Source: Methanothermococcus sp. Ax23
GTDB lineage: Archaea > AGJL01 > Methanococci > Methanococcales > Methanococcaceae
DNA length: 64,000 nt
NCBI RefSeq assembly: GCF_049075655.1
Contig: NZ_CP157522.1
Span: forward strand, 1,440,001 to 1,504,000
Reading direction: 5' to 3'
Position numbers and translations under genes: made by a program. Positions 1-11,804 of this stretch are shown here, piece by piece. Below the pieces are notes generated by a model that saw only the letters and a program-made list of their open reading frames with translations, had not been told where the DNA came from and did not search any database. Every line of letters begins with the position of its first letter. Within the stretch, counting starts at the first letter, position 1.

Positions 1-203
1 TTTGTTGGAATTAATTCAATAATGATGAACAAAAATATTCCATATATCAAAAGAATATACACGCACGTTGGAATAGTTATATATTTATTTAATTGAAGGA
101 AAAATGCCGTTTAAAACTGTTTAGTTTTTTGTGAGTATTTGTAAGTGTATAGGGGCATTTAGTTTTCGAAATGTTTATATAGTATTTTCATGCATAGTTT
201 ATA

Positions 204-368
204 GTGTCAATCTAATCAACCCCAAGACTTTCCTAAACCTCTTTTAAACACATTAAAACAACCAAAATTATCAAATTATTAGGCGGAGTTGGGGTTCCCG
301 TGACTGGGGTGAAGGTCGATGATTTACTCTCCGATGAACCCAGAGGAGAGTTGAGATTGATGACGCCC
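204..368 (+). ncRNA. candidate structured ncRNA with K-turn/K-loop motifs
   Basis: GC-richer non-coding island; TATA-like TTTATATA at 174-181; 5' TCAATC/TCAAC pairs with 3' GTTGA/GATTGA; CTCTCC-GATGAACCCAGA-GGAGAG hairpin at 327-350; three GATGA motifs. Confidence 0.55.
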
Positions 369-389
369 AAGTTCAATGTGAGCATTTAC

Positions 390-734
390 TCACCAACGCT
401 CACATTGGACAGACCCCATAATTATACCCATGCCAATTAATAGAAAAAATCTTAATATATAAAATTTTAATGGATAAAATACCCATTTTTCCTTTAAAAA
501 TTTCCCTTCATGGATTTTATGGAGTTCTTTTTTAAATATTTTTTCAATAATTGATTTACTAATTACATACGACAGTCCAAATAAAAAAACTATAAGAAAT
601 AAAGTAAATAGCCAATAATTGTATGATGACGCAGATATTATCCACAATCCACTAATAAAGGTCATTATTCGGATTGTGAAATCTGCATATTTATCTAAAT
701 TACACCGTTTTAAATAGTAAAATAACCTCCCCAT
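390..734 (-). CDS. hypothetical membrane protein
   Basis: 114-aa ORF with hydrophobic segments, GGGTGA RBS upstream, directly after hef. Confidence 0.6.
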   Translation of the reverse strand: MGRLFYYLKRCNLDKYADFTIRIMTFISGLWIISASSYNYWLFTLFLIVFLFGLSYVISKSIIEKIFKKELHKIHEGKFLKEKWVFYPLKFYILRFFLLIGMGIIMGSVQCERW

Positions 735-755
735 TATTTCACCCTTCTTTTTATT

Positions 756-3110
756 TTATTTCTCATACTTTTCTGTAAGAACTGCTTTTATCTTTTTCGC
801 TGTTATTTTTCCTACTCCCTCTACTTCCATGAGCTCATCCTCAGAAGCATTCACAATGTTTTCAATAGTGCCAAATTTCATAAGTAAATTTTCAGCAGTC
901 AGAGCTCCTACATCTGGGAAACTCTCAACTATAAATCTCTGCCTTTCTTTTAAAGACATCGGTTTTTTTCCTGTTCTTATGGCTATTGTTCGTTTAGTCC
1001 TTAATTGCTCCCTTTCAGCCATTTTTACCAATATATTTGCTGTCTCCTCTGCATCCTTTGAAAACATTACTGGAATATTAAAATCGAGCATTATGGAAAT
1101 TACCGCACCATTTACTATTTTTTCAGATAATCGGAAATAATTGTCCCCTTCTATGATTAAAATAGGTCTTTCATATTTTTTCAAATCCTTCAATTGTTTG
1201 AATAATCTTTTATCTATTATAGAGCTCTCAAAATCCTCTGCGGTTTTTCGTTCTACAATTACCCTATCGCTTAGTATATAGTCCCCATTTTCAAGATTTT
1301 TGAATTCCAGCTCTGCTTTATCGAATAAATACCTACTTACAATTTTTTCTCTGTTATCCACCACTATTTTTATAGGTTTTTGAGCATTTGTATTTTTAAT
1401 TTCAAATTCCGTATTTTTTAAATCTTCTTTTTTATCCCCTTCACATTTAATTTTTTCTTCTTTTTCTTCATCTCCTTTAATTTCTTCCTTAATTATATTA
1501 TCTTCTTTTTCTTTTTTCTCTTTTTTATCTTCCCCATTTTCTTTATTTAAAAGATAATCAAGTGTATTTTTATCCTCAATAATGTATTTATCCCTGTTCC
1601 GTTCTTCAAGTTTTTCATTTAATATTCTTTGCATATCCTTTAAAAGACGCTTCATTTTTCTTTCCTTATTTATCGCAGACCAATAATATCCTTCATCCCT
1701 GCTATCCTTTGTAATTAGAATAATGCACTCTCCACCTTCACCTCTCGAAGCTCTACCCCTTCTCTGTATAAACCTTACCTCAGAAGGCACAGGCTCGTAG
1801 AATATTACATAATTTACGCTCATAATGTCAATACCTTCCTCAGATACGCTGGTGGATACTAAAACATTTATATTGTCGTCATTTTTGAATTTTTCAACTG
1901 CCTCAACCTGTTTCTTTTGAGACATCCCTTTTCCATCCTTATTCGACTGCCCAACAAATGGTATTGCATTTATTCCCTTTGAATTAAGAACATTTACAAT
2001 TTTATCAACCGTATCCCTATACTGTGCAAATATAATTATTTTTTCTTTATTTCCGCTTTCATTATTTTTATTTAAAATATTATTTACAATCTCAATGAGT
2101 TTTTCCATCTTTGGATGCTCAATTTCGGAAGTCCTTAGCTTATACACTGCCTTTAAAACCTTGGCATCCCTTACAATAGCCTTTGCAGATTTTGTATTTT
2201 GACTTCCCAATCTTTCATAGTAGTTTAAAAATGCCTCCTTCCCTTGACATTCCAATGTCTCAATGGCATAATCCAGTTTTATAGCCTCGGAAGCTATTTT
2301 TATGAGCTCATACTTTGAACTATCGGGAATTGTCATAATTTTCTTTTGAAGCATTAGGAGCTCCGATTTATTTACATTCATAGAGTAAATTATTTTATTA
2401 TCTCTCAGCACTTTCAACCTTTCTTTAAAGGCATTTTTAAGTAAATTAATACATTCCCCATATTCCTTTGGGAGCTCCACTTTTACAGGTCTAAGTTTAA
2501 CAGTTTTTATATACTCCCTTACATCTGCATCATCGTAGGTTCTTATTTCCACATGCTCGATTCCCAAATTTTCGCATATTTCAAGTATCTTATCAATATT
2601 TGACCCGGGGGAAGCAGTTAATCCAAGAACATGTGCCTTATTTCTGAATACCGATGCTACAAATGTATAGGAATGGTTTCCAGTTGTATGGTGTGCCTCA
2701 TCTGCAATAAGAAGCACAAAATCATCGGTATTAATTCTATTTGCTACAATATCGTTTTCCACAATCTGCGGAGTGGCAATAAATATCTTTCCTTCTTCCC
2801 AAAGCTTTTTCCTCTTTGTTGGTGCTATTTTTCCAGTTAAAATTATTATTTTATCCTCATCAATATTTAAAAAAGTTTTTAAACTGTTGTAATGCTGTTC
2901 CACCAATGGACGAGACGGAGCAACAATTAAAACCTTCCCATCCTTTTTTGAAAGCATTCCCGCAATTGTTAGAGTAGCAACCGCAGTTTTTCCAAGTCCA
3001 GTCCCCAAAACACATAGAGTGTTCTTTTTTAAAGCATTTGCCACAATTATTTGCTGATATAATCGTGATTCCATGGTGTTTGGTTTTATAAGTGGGTGAT
3101 TGATATACAT
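756..3110 (-). CDS. hef: Hef helicase/ERCC4 nuclease (FANCM/Mph1-like)
   Basis: GTGLGKT, DEAHH, QRRGR helicase motifs; C-terminal ERKT nuclease motif and HhH2; ATG 3110 follows GGTGA. Confidence 0.93.
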   Translation of the reverse strand: MYINHPLIKPNTMESRLYQQIIVANALKKNTLCVLGTGLGKTAVATLTIAGMLSKKDGKVLIVAPSRPLVEQHYNSLKTFLNIDEDKIIILTGKIAPTKRKKLWEEGKIFIATPQIVENDIVANRINTDDFVLLIADEAHHTTGNHSYTFVASVFRNKAHVLGLTASPGSNIDKILEICENLGIEHVEIRTYDDADVREYIKTVKLRPVKVELPKEYGECINLLKNAFKERLKVLRDNKIIYSMNVNKSELLMLQKKIMTIPDSSKYELIKIASEAIKLDYAIETLECQGKEAFLNYYERLGSQNTKSAKAIVRDAKVLKAVYKLRTSEIEHPKMEKLIEIVNNILNKNNESGNKEKIIIFAQYRDTVDKIVNVLNSKGINAIPFVGQSNKDGKGMSQKKQVEAVEKFKNDDNINVLVSTSVSEEGIDIMSVNYVIFYEPVPSEVRFIQRRGRASRGEGGECIILITKDSRDEGYYWSAINKERKMKRLLKDMQRILNEKLEERNRDKYIIEDKNTLDYLLNKENGEDKKEKKEKEDNIIKEEIKGDEEKEEKIKCEGDKKEDLKNTEFEIKNTNAQKPIKIVVDNREKIVSRYLFDKAELEFKNLENGDYILSDRVIVERKTAEDFESSIIDKRLFKQLKDLKKYERPILIIEGDNYFRLSEKIVNGAVISIMLDFNIPVMFSKDAEETANILVKMAEREQLRTKRTIAIRTGKKPMSLKERQRFIVESFPDVGALTAENLLMKFGTIENIVNASEDELMEVEGVGKITAKKIKAVLTEKYEK

Positions 3111-3148
3111 GAGCTCACCAAGGTATAATAATATCATAAGTATAATTA

Positions 3149-3589
3149 TTATAAATCAACAATATACTTTATAACATACTCATCATTTTCCTTTTTAATT
3201 TCCATTTTATGGTATGTAATTGCCTTTACCTCTTCCTTAGGTTCGTGCTTTTCTTTATCCAGTTCTTCGCCGTAAGCTACGCATTTTAAAATATATTCTT
3301 CTTCATTTTCATTTTCCGTTCTGTTTTTTTTATGTATTTTAATATCAAAATCTGAGAATATTAAATACTCGCTGTCCAAGATTATTAGGAGCTCCGTTAA
3401 AAAATCATAAAGCAAACTGTATAAATCCTCTGAACTGATTTCAATTTCCCTTTTAATTCTTTTTTCAACAGTACCTATATTTACCATTAGATTAGATAGT
3501 GCTTTTGCAGATTCCTCAAATGCCTCTTCAAGTGTTTTTCCTCTGGCAATAACGCCCATATCTGCCATAGTTTCAAAGTATTCAAACAT
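3149..3589 (-). CDS. archease
   Basis: [12 protein letters not shown]-terminus, EVKAITYH and terminal IVDL motifs. Confidence 0.93.
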   Translation of the reverse strand: MFEYFETMADMGVIARGKTLEEAFEESAKALSNLMVNIGTVEKRIKREIEISSEDLYSLLYDFLTELLIILDSEYLIFSDFDIKIHKKNRTENENEEEYILKCVAYGEELDKEKHEPKEEVKAITYHKMEIKKENDEYVIKYIVDL

Positions 3590-3593
3590 TTTT

Positions 3594-4640
3594 TCACCTA
3601 TATTGTGCTATATTTATCATATCGCATTTTATTAAATATCCCTTGCAGTTATTTTTATTATATTCCAAAATATCAAATTTCACATCTAAAAAGCTTTCAA
3701 CAACATATATATTTGTTAAAGTATGGTTTGTAATCTCCGAAACTCCAACGGTAGATTTGGAATAATATAAAAAAGGTATTATCTGGTCTCCCATGTATTT
3801 ATCAAGTGCCATACCAGTTTTCAACTCCTTTAAAAGATTTTCTACCGCAATCTTTCCAACCATCTCAGACCTTAAACCCTTCTCGCCTAAACAGTGAGCT
3901 CCTATTGTTCCACATTTTAAAAATATCCCAACACCAGTGGAAAGACCTTTTGTATTTTCTATTTTTATATTTGGTGTAAATTTATTCTTCATAAGCAAAT
4001 CTATTGCTGATTTTCTAATTCTTCTTGGAATATTCCCATCCAAATTCTGATTAAAAACTATCCCTTCCACAAATTTGCTTTTATCGTGTTCTATTAAATC
4101 CACAGATTTTAATGTTGAAGGATTTAGTTTTAATTTAACTTCCCCGCCCCCTTCTGGATAGAATCCCCTTTTAATTATATCAATACTACCACAGTATCCC
4201 ATTTTACCCAAAATATCCAGTGTAATACTTTTAATATAGTCAATTGGCGGAGCATTTTTCACATCAGTTCCACCTTTTATGGTTATATTTACTGGCTTAT
4301 CTATTACAAGACCCAAAGGCAAAAGTGTTTGGATTACCAAAGAAACACTACCGGCTGTTCCAACATCTAATTTAAAATCTTTTGGAGATATTTTTTTAGG
4401 ATAAAATTCCAATGTCTCAGAACCTACTTTTAATCCTTCTACCTCAGCATTGCACAGTTTTTTAACTGCCTTAACACATGCAACATGTTGATGAGCAAGC
4501 CCCGCATTTCTTCGTTTTTTTCTTATATTTGCTATTTTAACTGGCTTTTGTGTTATTGCAGATAATGAAACCGCTGTTCTAACAATTTGACCGCCACCTT
4601 CTAAATAACTACCATCAATAATAACCACGTCTTTATTCAA
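3594..4640 (-). CDS. rtcA: RNA 3'-terminal phosphate cyclase
   Basis: [31 protein letters not shown] and HTLTN motifs; TTG start after AGGTGAT. Confidence 0.95.
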   Translation of the reverse strand: MNKDVVIIDGSYLEGGGQIVRTAVSLSAITQKPVKIANIRKKRRNAGLAHQHVACVKAVKKLCNAEVEGLKVGSETLEFYPKKISPKDFKLDVGTAGSVSLVIQTLLPLGLVIDKPVNITIKGGTDVKNAPPIDYIKSITLDILGKMGYCGSIDIIKRGFYPEGGGEVKLKLNPSTLKSVDLIEHDKSKFVEGIVFNQNLDGNIPRRIRKSAIDLLMKNKFTPNIKIENTKGLSTGVGIFLKCGTIGAHCLGEKGLRSEMVGKIAVENLLKELKTGMALDKYMGDQIIPFLYYSKSTVGVSEITNHTLTNIYVVESFLDVKFDILEYNKNNCKGYLIKCDMINIAQYR

Positions 4641-4686
4641 AAAATCACCTTAATAATGTATATCTTAATATTTCATAATATTCTTT

Positions 4687-5112
4687 CTAATCATCTTTTT
4701 TCAATAATCTTTTTATTATAAAGCTAATGGTATCGAGCTCATCATTAGATATTTCCTCAGATTTTATAACATTTAAAATTTTATGAATTTTTAAATAATT
4801 TTTCTTATAAACTTCAAAAATTTTTTCAGAGTTTTCCGTCAATTTATAAATCTTTTTTTCTTTTCCTGTTTTTGTTTTTTCAATAGATTTAACCTCTAAA
4901 CAATTTAATTTTTTTAGTTCCTTTAATGCATTACTTATGGTTTGTTCTTTGACATAATGAGCATAATGATTTTCAATATCAATAGATTTTAGATTTTTAA
5001 TATTTTGATTGAGTTTTTTTGTAATATTGTATATGGTTAATTCATCCCCTTTATTGCCAAGAGTCAGTATATATTCCATTATTTTTAATTTATCATGAAC
5101 TTTTTTTGGCAT
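4687..5112 (-). CDS. putative winged-helix DNA-binding protein
   Basis: TISNALKELKKLNCLE...KKIYKLTE resembles a PadR/MarR-type wing; own RBS. Confidence 0.55.
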   Translation of the reverse strand: MPKKVHDKLKIMEYILTLGNKGDELTIYNITKKLNQNIKNLKSIDIENHYAHYVKEQTISNALKELKKLNCLEVKSIEKTKTGKEKKIYKLTENSEKIFEVYKKNYLKIHKILNVIKSEEISNDELDTISFIIKRLLKKDD

Positions 5113-5283
5113 TACCTATCTCCCCTTTTAAAATAAACTTCAAAATAAAATGCTGGATTTTTTGAATATGTCTTTATATATTTCATAAGTTTAGTATATG
5201 TTAGAACTTAAAAGGGGTGAGACAGTGGCAGCTCCAAGAAAACCAAAAAATCCAAAAAAATAATTATTAATCTTTAAATTACT

Positions 5284-6568
<1,285 letters not shown>

Positions 6569-6577
6569 TATTTCACT

Positions 6578-7432
6578 TTATATTTTGTTAAGATAGATAT
6601 CTGTTGTAGTCATAGGGATAAATCCATAATTATTAGAATGGACAATACATTTTTCTGACATTTTTTCATCATTCACATAATCCAATGTAAGAACGATAAT
6701 ACCATATTTATCTTTTAAGTATTTTAAGTTATTTGCTTGATTATTAACCCATTTTAAATCGTTATTTTCCCAGAAGTGTGCTTTTTTGTGTTTAAAATCA
6801 TAAGTTGTAGTAAAATCCTCAAACAATACTCCATTAATATATGGTGCGGTTTTATCCACAATTTCAAATCCCCTATTTTGTATAATTATTAAATTTGGAT
6901 TTTTTTCCCTAATCTCCTTAATTAATAAAATCGTTTCATCATTTTGATTTGAATATATTGCACTATCTACTGTATCTAAGAATACTCCATCGAATCCCAT
7001 ATTTTTAAACTTTGTGATTTCGTTCAATAGTATATTATGCCATTTTGGTGATTTAATATTTATATAATAAGAACCCCAATTTTGATTTTTTCCTATTGAT
7101 ATATCTTTAACATCATTATAATATGGACGAGATTTGCTAACTTCACCAATACTTAAATATGCAATAACTTTTATGTTTGGATTTAATGATTTTAATTTTT
7201 GAATGTCATCTTTTTTATAATTATATGGTTCAATAATAATTAAATCATATTTTGAAAGTTTTTCTATATTGTTTGAGCCATAATAAACCCAAAAATTGTT
7301 GATATTTAAGTTATTTTTTATATTTGGTTTATCATTAGTTCCATCATTTGTATCATAGATAGTATCTTTTGAATTATTTAAACATCCACAAAATAAAACT
7401 AAAAATAAAAAAATAGGTATGATTTTTTTCAT
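6578..7432 (-). CDS. GH114/PelA-like endo-alpha-1,4-polygalactosaminidase-family lipoprotein
   Basis: lipobox-like FCGCL; AYLSIGE, GFDGVFLDTVD, QNRGF motifs. Confidence 0.8.
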   Translation of the reverse strand: MKKIIPIFLFLVLFCGCLNNSKDTIYDTNDGTNDKPNIKNNLNINNFWVYYGSNNIEKLSKYDLIIIEPYNYKKDDIQKLKSLNPNIKVIAYLSIGEVSKSRPYYNDVKDISIGKNQNWGSYYINIKSPKWHNILLNEITKFKNMGFDGVFLDTVDSAIYSNQNDETILLIKEIREKNPNLIIIQNRGFEIVDKTAPYINGVLFEDFTTTYDFKHKKAHFWENNDLKWVNNQANNLKYLKDKYGIIVLTLDYVNDEKMSEKCIVHSNNYGFIPMTTTDIYLNKI

Positions 7433-7965
7433 TTTCCCACCCTTTTTAAAGTGAGTAATGGGATTGTTATTAATGTTATAATTAAAGCACTTAATGGAAT
7501 TGGAGTTTTCGCTGTTTGATTAGATTCCGTTTGATGAGAACCAAAATCTGATTCTAAAATTCCTCCAAAATGCATTAATTCGCCATCTTCATCCCCCCAC
7601 TGATCATTTGCGGGATTATAACCTACATTGGAAGGATGTTCTCCCGAAGCATTAAATAACTCTGCATTGTATTTTACTGATTTATATCCGTTTATAGTTG
7701 TAACATTGGTATATATTCCATAACTGCCCCCTTCAAGTTTAGCCCAAATTGTAAATCTTGCATAAGGAGTTTCTTTTATGATTGGATTATCCTTAGTGTT
7801 ATCTTTCCATACTTTAACTGAAAAGTTATATGGGGATGATAAAGATGTCCAATTTGCCTCAGTAATTGAATACTTAATAGTTACATCTGCATAACTTTGA
7901 GATATAAAGGCAATTACCAATATCGAAAAAATAATGGATGAAAGTTTATAGTTTCGCATAACCAT
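7429..7965 (-). CDS. secreted surface protein with PIP-CTERM-like sorting signal
   Basis: N-terminal signal peptide; C-terminus TPIP + TM helix + KRVGK. Confidence 0.7.
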   Translation of the reverse strand: MVMRNYKLSSIIFSILVIAFISQSYADVTIKYSITEANWTSLSSPYNFSVKVWKDNTKDNPIIKETPYARFTIWAKLEGGSYGIYTNVTTINGYKSVKYNAELFNASGEHPSNVGYNPANDQWGDEDGELMHFGGILESDFGSHQTESNQTAKTPIPLSALIITLITIPLLTLKRVGK

Positions 7966-8027
7966 CTCCCTGTGTTATTTACGCTTATATTTTTATAGCA
8001 ACTAATATTTAATTTTTTTTTAATTTT

Positions 8028-8993
8028 TTAAATTTTCCATTTATGAACATATCCCCCAAATTTAAATTCATCACTATCGATATAATGCCCATCATCTATT
8101 ACTTTTCCAATTTTTATAGATTTGGTGCTTAGCTTCCGGAGCTCATCCTCAACATCATTATATTTTTTAGTTGTAAATAGGAGCTCGAACTCTTCACCAC
8201 TATTTAAAGCAACATCTATTGGATTTAAATCAAATCTATCGCAAAATTCCATCACATCCTTTGGGAGAGTATTTAAAAGTTTTTTTGATGAGATTTCAAA
8301 GTTCCCAACATAGTATAAATCCTTTCCAAGACCATCAGATATATCACAGCAGGAATTAACATATTTATTTATGGCAATCCCCTCTTTAACCCTTGCTCTT
8401 GGTTCAGATAATTTTTTTATAATATCCGAATATTCATTTAAAAGATTTTTAAAAACCCTTTTATTAATTATTCCTTTATTCTTCATTTCAATGATTTTCA
8501 ATGCACAATAAACCCTTCCAACATCGTTTGTAATCGCTATATCGTCCCCCACTTCACCACCTCTATATATTGGATTATCTGTAATTCCAAAGGCAGTCCC
8601 ACATAATGCCAGTTCTTTTGATTTATTCGTATCTCCTCCAACAACGGGGCATTCATATTCTTTTGCTATGAAATCCATCCCCTTTGTAAGTTCTTCTATA
8701 AATTCCTTTTTTGGATGATTAAAACCCATTGAGACTACAATTCCCAATGGTTTAGCACACATTGCCGCTATATCTGATACATTTGCCGTAATTACCCTCA
8801 TACCAATTTGGAATGGTGTTAAAATCTCTGGAAAATGTGTGGATTTAAACATCATATCCGTTGTAATTGTTAAATACTGATTTCCCAATTTAAAAACCGC
8901 ACAATCATCCCCAATGGTTTTTACTGCCTTTCCAGTATATTTTAAATTACTATATATTGTTTTTATGATATCCAGTTCATTCATTATATCCAT
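8028..8993 (-). CDS. thiL: thiamine-monophosphate kinase
   Basis: IGDDCA, NVSDIAAM, GGDT, DISDGL, GEEFELLFT. Confidence 0.93.
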   Translation of the reverse strand: MDIMNELDIIKTIYSNLKYTGKAVKTIGDDCAVFKLGNQYLTITTDMMFKSTHFPEILTPFQIGMRVITANVSDIAAMCAKPLGIVVSMGFNHPKKEFIEELTKGMDFIAKEYECPVVGGDTNKSKELALCGTAFGITDNPIYRGGEVGDDIAITNDVGRVYCALKIIEMKNKGIINKRVFKNLLNEYSDIIKKLSEPRARVKEGIAINKYVNSCCDISDGLGKDLYYVGNFEISSKKLLNTLPKDVMEFCDRFDLNPIDVALNSGEEFELLFTTKKYNDVEDELRKLSTKSIKIGKVIDDGHYIDSDEFKFGGYVHKWKI

Positions 8994-9070
8994 GAGCTCA
9001 CCTAAATTTTAAATCATCTAAATTTTAAATTTTCAATAACTATATATATTAGTAATACATAATATATTTT

Positions 9071-9128
9071 GGTGGATGATGACCGGAGTAGCTTCTGATT
9101 TATGATGATAGATGGGCGAGCTGACACC
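9071..9128 (+). ncRNA. C/D box methylation guide sRNA
   Basis: GGTG-G-ATGATGA-ccggagtagctt-CTGA-ttt-ATGATGA-tagatgggcgag-CTGA-CACC; TATA run at about 9041-9050; T-tract follows. Confidence 0.93.
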
Positions 9129-9234
9129 GCTTTTTTTAAAAGATTTAATTTTAATTTATAACTTTATAATGACTTTTATTTAGATTAATTTATTTAATTA
9201 TAATAGTTATAATAATTATGATTTTGTGGTATTT

Positions 9235-10560
9235 ATGAAAAATGTGGCACTAATTTATCCAAACAAATTTAAAGGGGGCATCTCTTGTTTAGCAATGCAT
9301 ATTTTACACCACCATTTAAATAAATACCATGATATAAACTGCAATATGTATTTTATCGAGAATTACAACGAAATAAAGAATAAAGATGCTATAATTATCA
9401 CCTTGCAATATGAAAACGATTATTTTAATGTGGTTAAAATAATAGCTGAATTAAGGCAAAAAAACCCAAATGCTGTTTTTATAGGCGGCGGTCCATGTGC
9501 AATTGCCAATCCTCTGCCATTGAGTAGTTTTTTTGATGCCTTTGTAATTGGTGAGATTGAAGACACAGACATAATGTATGAGCTCATCCATAAAAAAACC
9601 GATTTAGATGGTGTTTATTATCCAAAACTTGATGGGACAGATAGGGAAGATTTTAGGAAAATAAAGAGAATTTATCCAAAAAAAATTACAATAGATGATT
9701 ACCCAATAAATCAATTTACCCATCCATCTGGTGCATATGGGGATGCTTTTTTGTTGGAGATTGGAAGGGGATGCCCAAGAAGATGCAAGTTTTGCATGGC
9801 AAAAAACATATACTACCCACCAAGATTTAGAAAACTTGACGATTTAAAGTATCTTGTCGATGAAGGACTAAAACACACAAAAACAAATAAAATTGCGTTA
9901 ATATCCCCATCTGTTGGGGATTATAAATATATAATTGATTTATGCCAGCATATAAAGGAAAAGAATGAGAACATTTCAATATCTCCATCATCACTAAGGG
10001 CAGACACTATAAAGGATGAGCTCCTAAAAATCCTTAACCTTAAAACCCTTACAATAGCACCAGAAGCTGGGAGCGAGAGATTAAGGGAATATATAAAAAA
10101 GGATATATCAAATGATGATATCTTAAATGCCGTGGAAATAGCAAAAAATAACAACATTGATAAGGTAAAATTATATTATATGGTTGGACTTCCAACAGAA
10201 ACCGAAGAAGATATCGAAGAGATAATAAATTTATCCAAGGACATTAAAAAGGATTTTAGGAAGGTAGAAATAAGCGTAAATCCATTTATACCAAAACCAC
10301 ATACTGAATTTGAAAACGAACCATTTAATTTAGAATCAAAAAATAGCATAAAATATATTGAAAAATCCTTAAAAAAATCCAATATAAAGGTAAATTATGA
10401 AAATTTCAACTCCATGATTATTCAATGCGTTTTGTGTCGTGGTGGTGCTGAGCTCGGGGATTTAATAGAAATAGAAAATTATAATAAACCTGTGCAGTTT
10501 TTAAAGTATTTGAAAAAGAATGATATGTTGGAGAACTATCTAAGCAAATATGCGTTTTAG
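9235..10560 (+). CDS. B12-binding-like radical SAM protein
   Basis: GRGCPRRCKFC (CxxxCxxC), APEAGSERLR, FIPKPHT. Confidence 0.88.
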   Translation: MKNVALIYPNKFKGGISCLAMHILHHHLNKYHDINCNMYFIENYNEIKNKDAIIITLQYENDYFNVVKIIAELRQKNPNAVFIGGGPCAIANPLPLSSFFDAFVIGEIEDTDIMYELIHKKTDLDGVYYPKLDGTDREDFRKIKRIYPKKITIDDYPINQFTHPSGAYGDAFLLEIGRGCPRRCKFCMAKNIYYPPRFRKLDDLKYLVDEGLKHTKTNKIALISPSVGDYKYIIDLCQHIKEKNENISISPSSLRADTIKDELLKILNLKTLTIAPEAGSERLREYIKKDISNDDILNAVEIAKNNNIDKVKLYYMVGLPTETEEDIEEIINLSKDIKKDFRKVEISVNPFIPKPHTEFENEPFNLESKNSIKYIEKSLKKSNIKVNYENFNSMIIQCVLCRGGAELGDLIEIENYNKPVQFLKYLKKNDMLENYLSKYAF

Positions 10561-10574
10561 TCAATTAGTCTTAA

Positions 10575-11804
10575 TTATCTACTACCCTTTATAATCTTAA
10601 TTATCTTTTTTAAGTTAATCGATTCATCGTAAATCAGAGCTCCGATTCTAAATAGTTTCACAGAAATAATAAATGACAGCACCGAAAATATAAGCATAAC
10701 TCCCATAGATGCCAAAACCTCCCAGAGCTCTACATGAGTAATGGACATCCTCATCAACATTATTTGCGGAGCTGTAAATGGAACATAGGAGAGAACCTTT
10801 ACAATCCAATGATTAGGATTTGTAAATATGAGAGATAGCATCAATAGTGGTATCATCTGAATCATCAATATTGGGCTTATTATCTGTCCAGCATCCTTTG
10901 GATTTGTAAATAAAGATGCAATTCCACACAGGAGAGAAACATAGAACAGATATGCAAGTATAAAAAATATCACAGCAGAGAGCATTAAAGATAGTGGAAC
11001 ATTTATAGCATATATAAATATAATAGGAAGGGCAAACAACAGCCATATGGACATCTGAACAAATCCAAGAATGGATATTCCAAAAATCTTACCTATAATT
11101 ATGTTTTTAGCATTTGTAAAGGATAGTAGAACTTCCATTATACGGTGCTGTTTTTCCTCGATTATGCTGTTTATACTGAGTCCTGAAACTGATGTAATTG
11201 CAAGATACAGTAGCATAACAAACCCTATTGGCATCATTTGAGAGAATATGTTTTCCTTTTCCTCGCCTTCTTTGCTTATACTGTATATTTCAAGGTTTAA
11301 TGGTGATTTAACACGAATATATGTTTTATTATCTACTTTGTCTTTTAAAATATTTGCAAGCAGTATATCCCTCAGTGTTTCGGTAATTACTGGATTAACC
11401 GATTTTGATTTGGAATATACTGTTATTGTCCCATTATCTAAATAATCCTTTGGAATTATTATAAGAACATCTATTTTGCCATTTAATACATCGTTTTTGC
11501 CTTGTTCAATATTTTTATATTCTTTAAAACTTAATGTAATATTTTTTTGCTGAACAGCGTTGTATTTTATGGCATTATTTGGAATAGACACCCCAAAGTT
11601 ATCAATATATCCTATTTTTTGATTGGTTGCGTATGATGAAAAATAGGCACTAGCCAAGGTAATTGCTACAAATATTATGGGAATAAGCACAGTCATTATA
11701 ATAAATTGCTTCCTTTTTATGTTGCTTAGTATTTCGTGTTTTGCTATGGATTTTATCTTTGAAAAGTTTATTTTATTTTTATCGCCTTTATTACTACTTC
11801 CCAT
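10575..11804 (-). CDS. ABC-2 exporter permease (NatB-like)
   Basis: IIEEKQHRIMEVLLS, GKIFG motifs; multiple TM helices. Confidence 0.85.
   Translation of the reverse strand: MGSSNKGDKNKINFSKIKSIAKHEILSNIKRKQFIIMTVLIPIIFVAITLASAYFSSYATNQKIGYIDNFGVSIPNNAIKYNAVQQKNITLSFKEYKNIEQGKNDVLNGKIDVLIIIPKDYLDNGTITVYSKSKSVNPVITETLRDILLANILKDKVDNKTYIRVKSPLNLEIYSISKEGEEKENIFSQMMPIGFVMLLYLAITSVSGLSINSIIEEKQHRIMEVLLSFTNAKNIIIGKIFGISILGFVQMSIWLLFALPIIFIYAINVPLSLMLSAVIFFILAYLFYVSLLCGIASLFTNPKDAGQIISPILMIQMIPLLMLSLIFTNPNHWIVKVLSYVPFTAPQIMLMRMSITHVELWEVLASMGVMLIFSVLSFIISVKLFRIGALIYDESINLKKIIKIIKGSR

Noticed and set aside
1380-1600. Possible intein or insertion in Hef
   Set aside because: Lys/Glu-rich disordered linker between helicase and nuclease; no intein terminal motifs.
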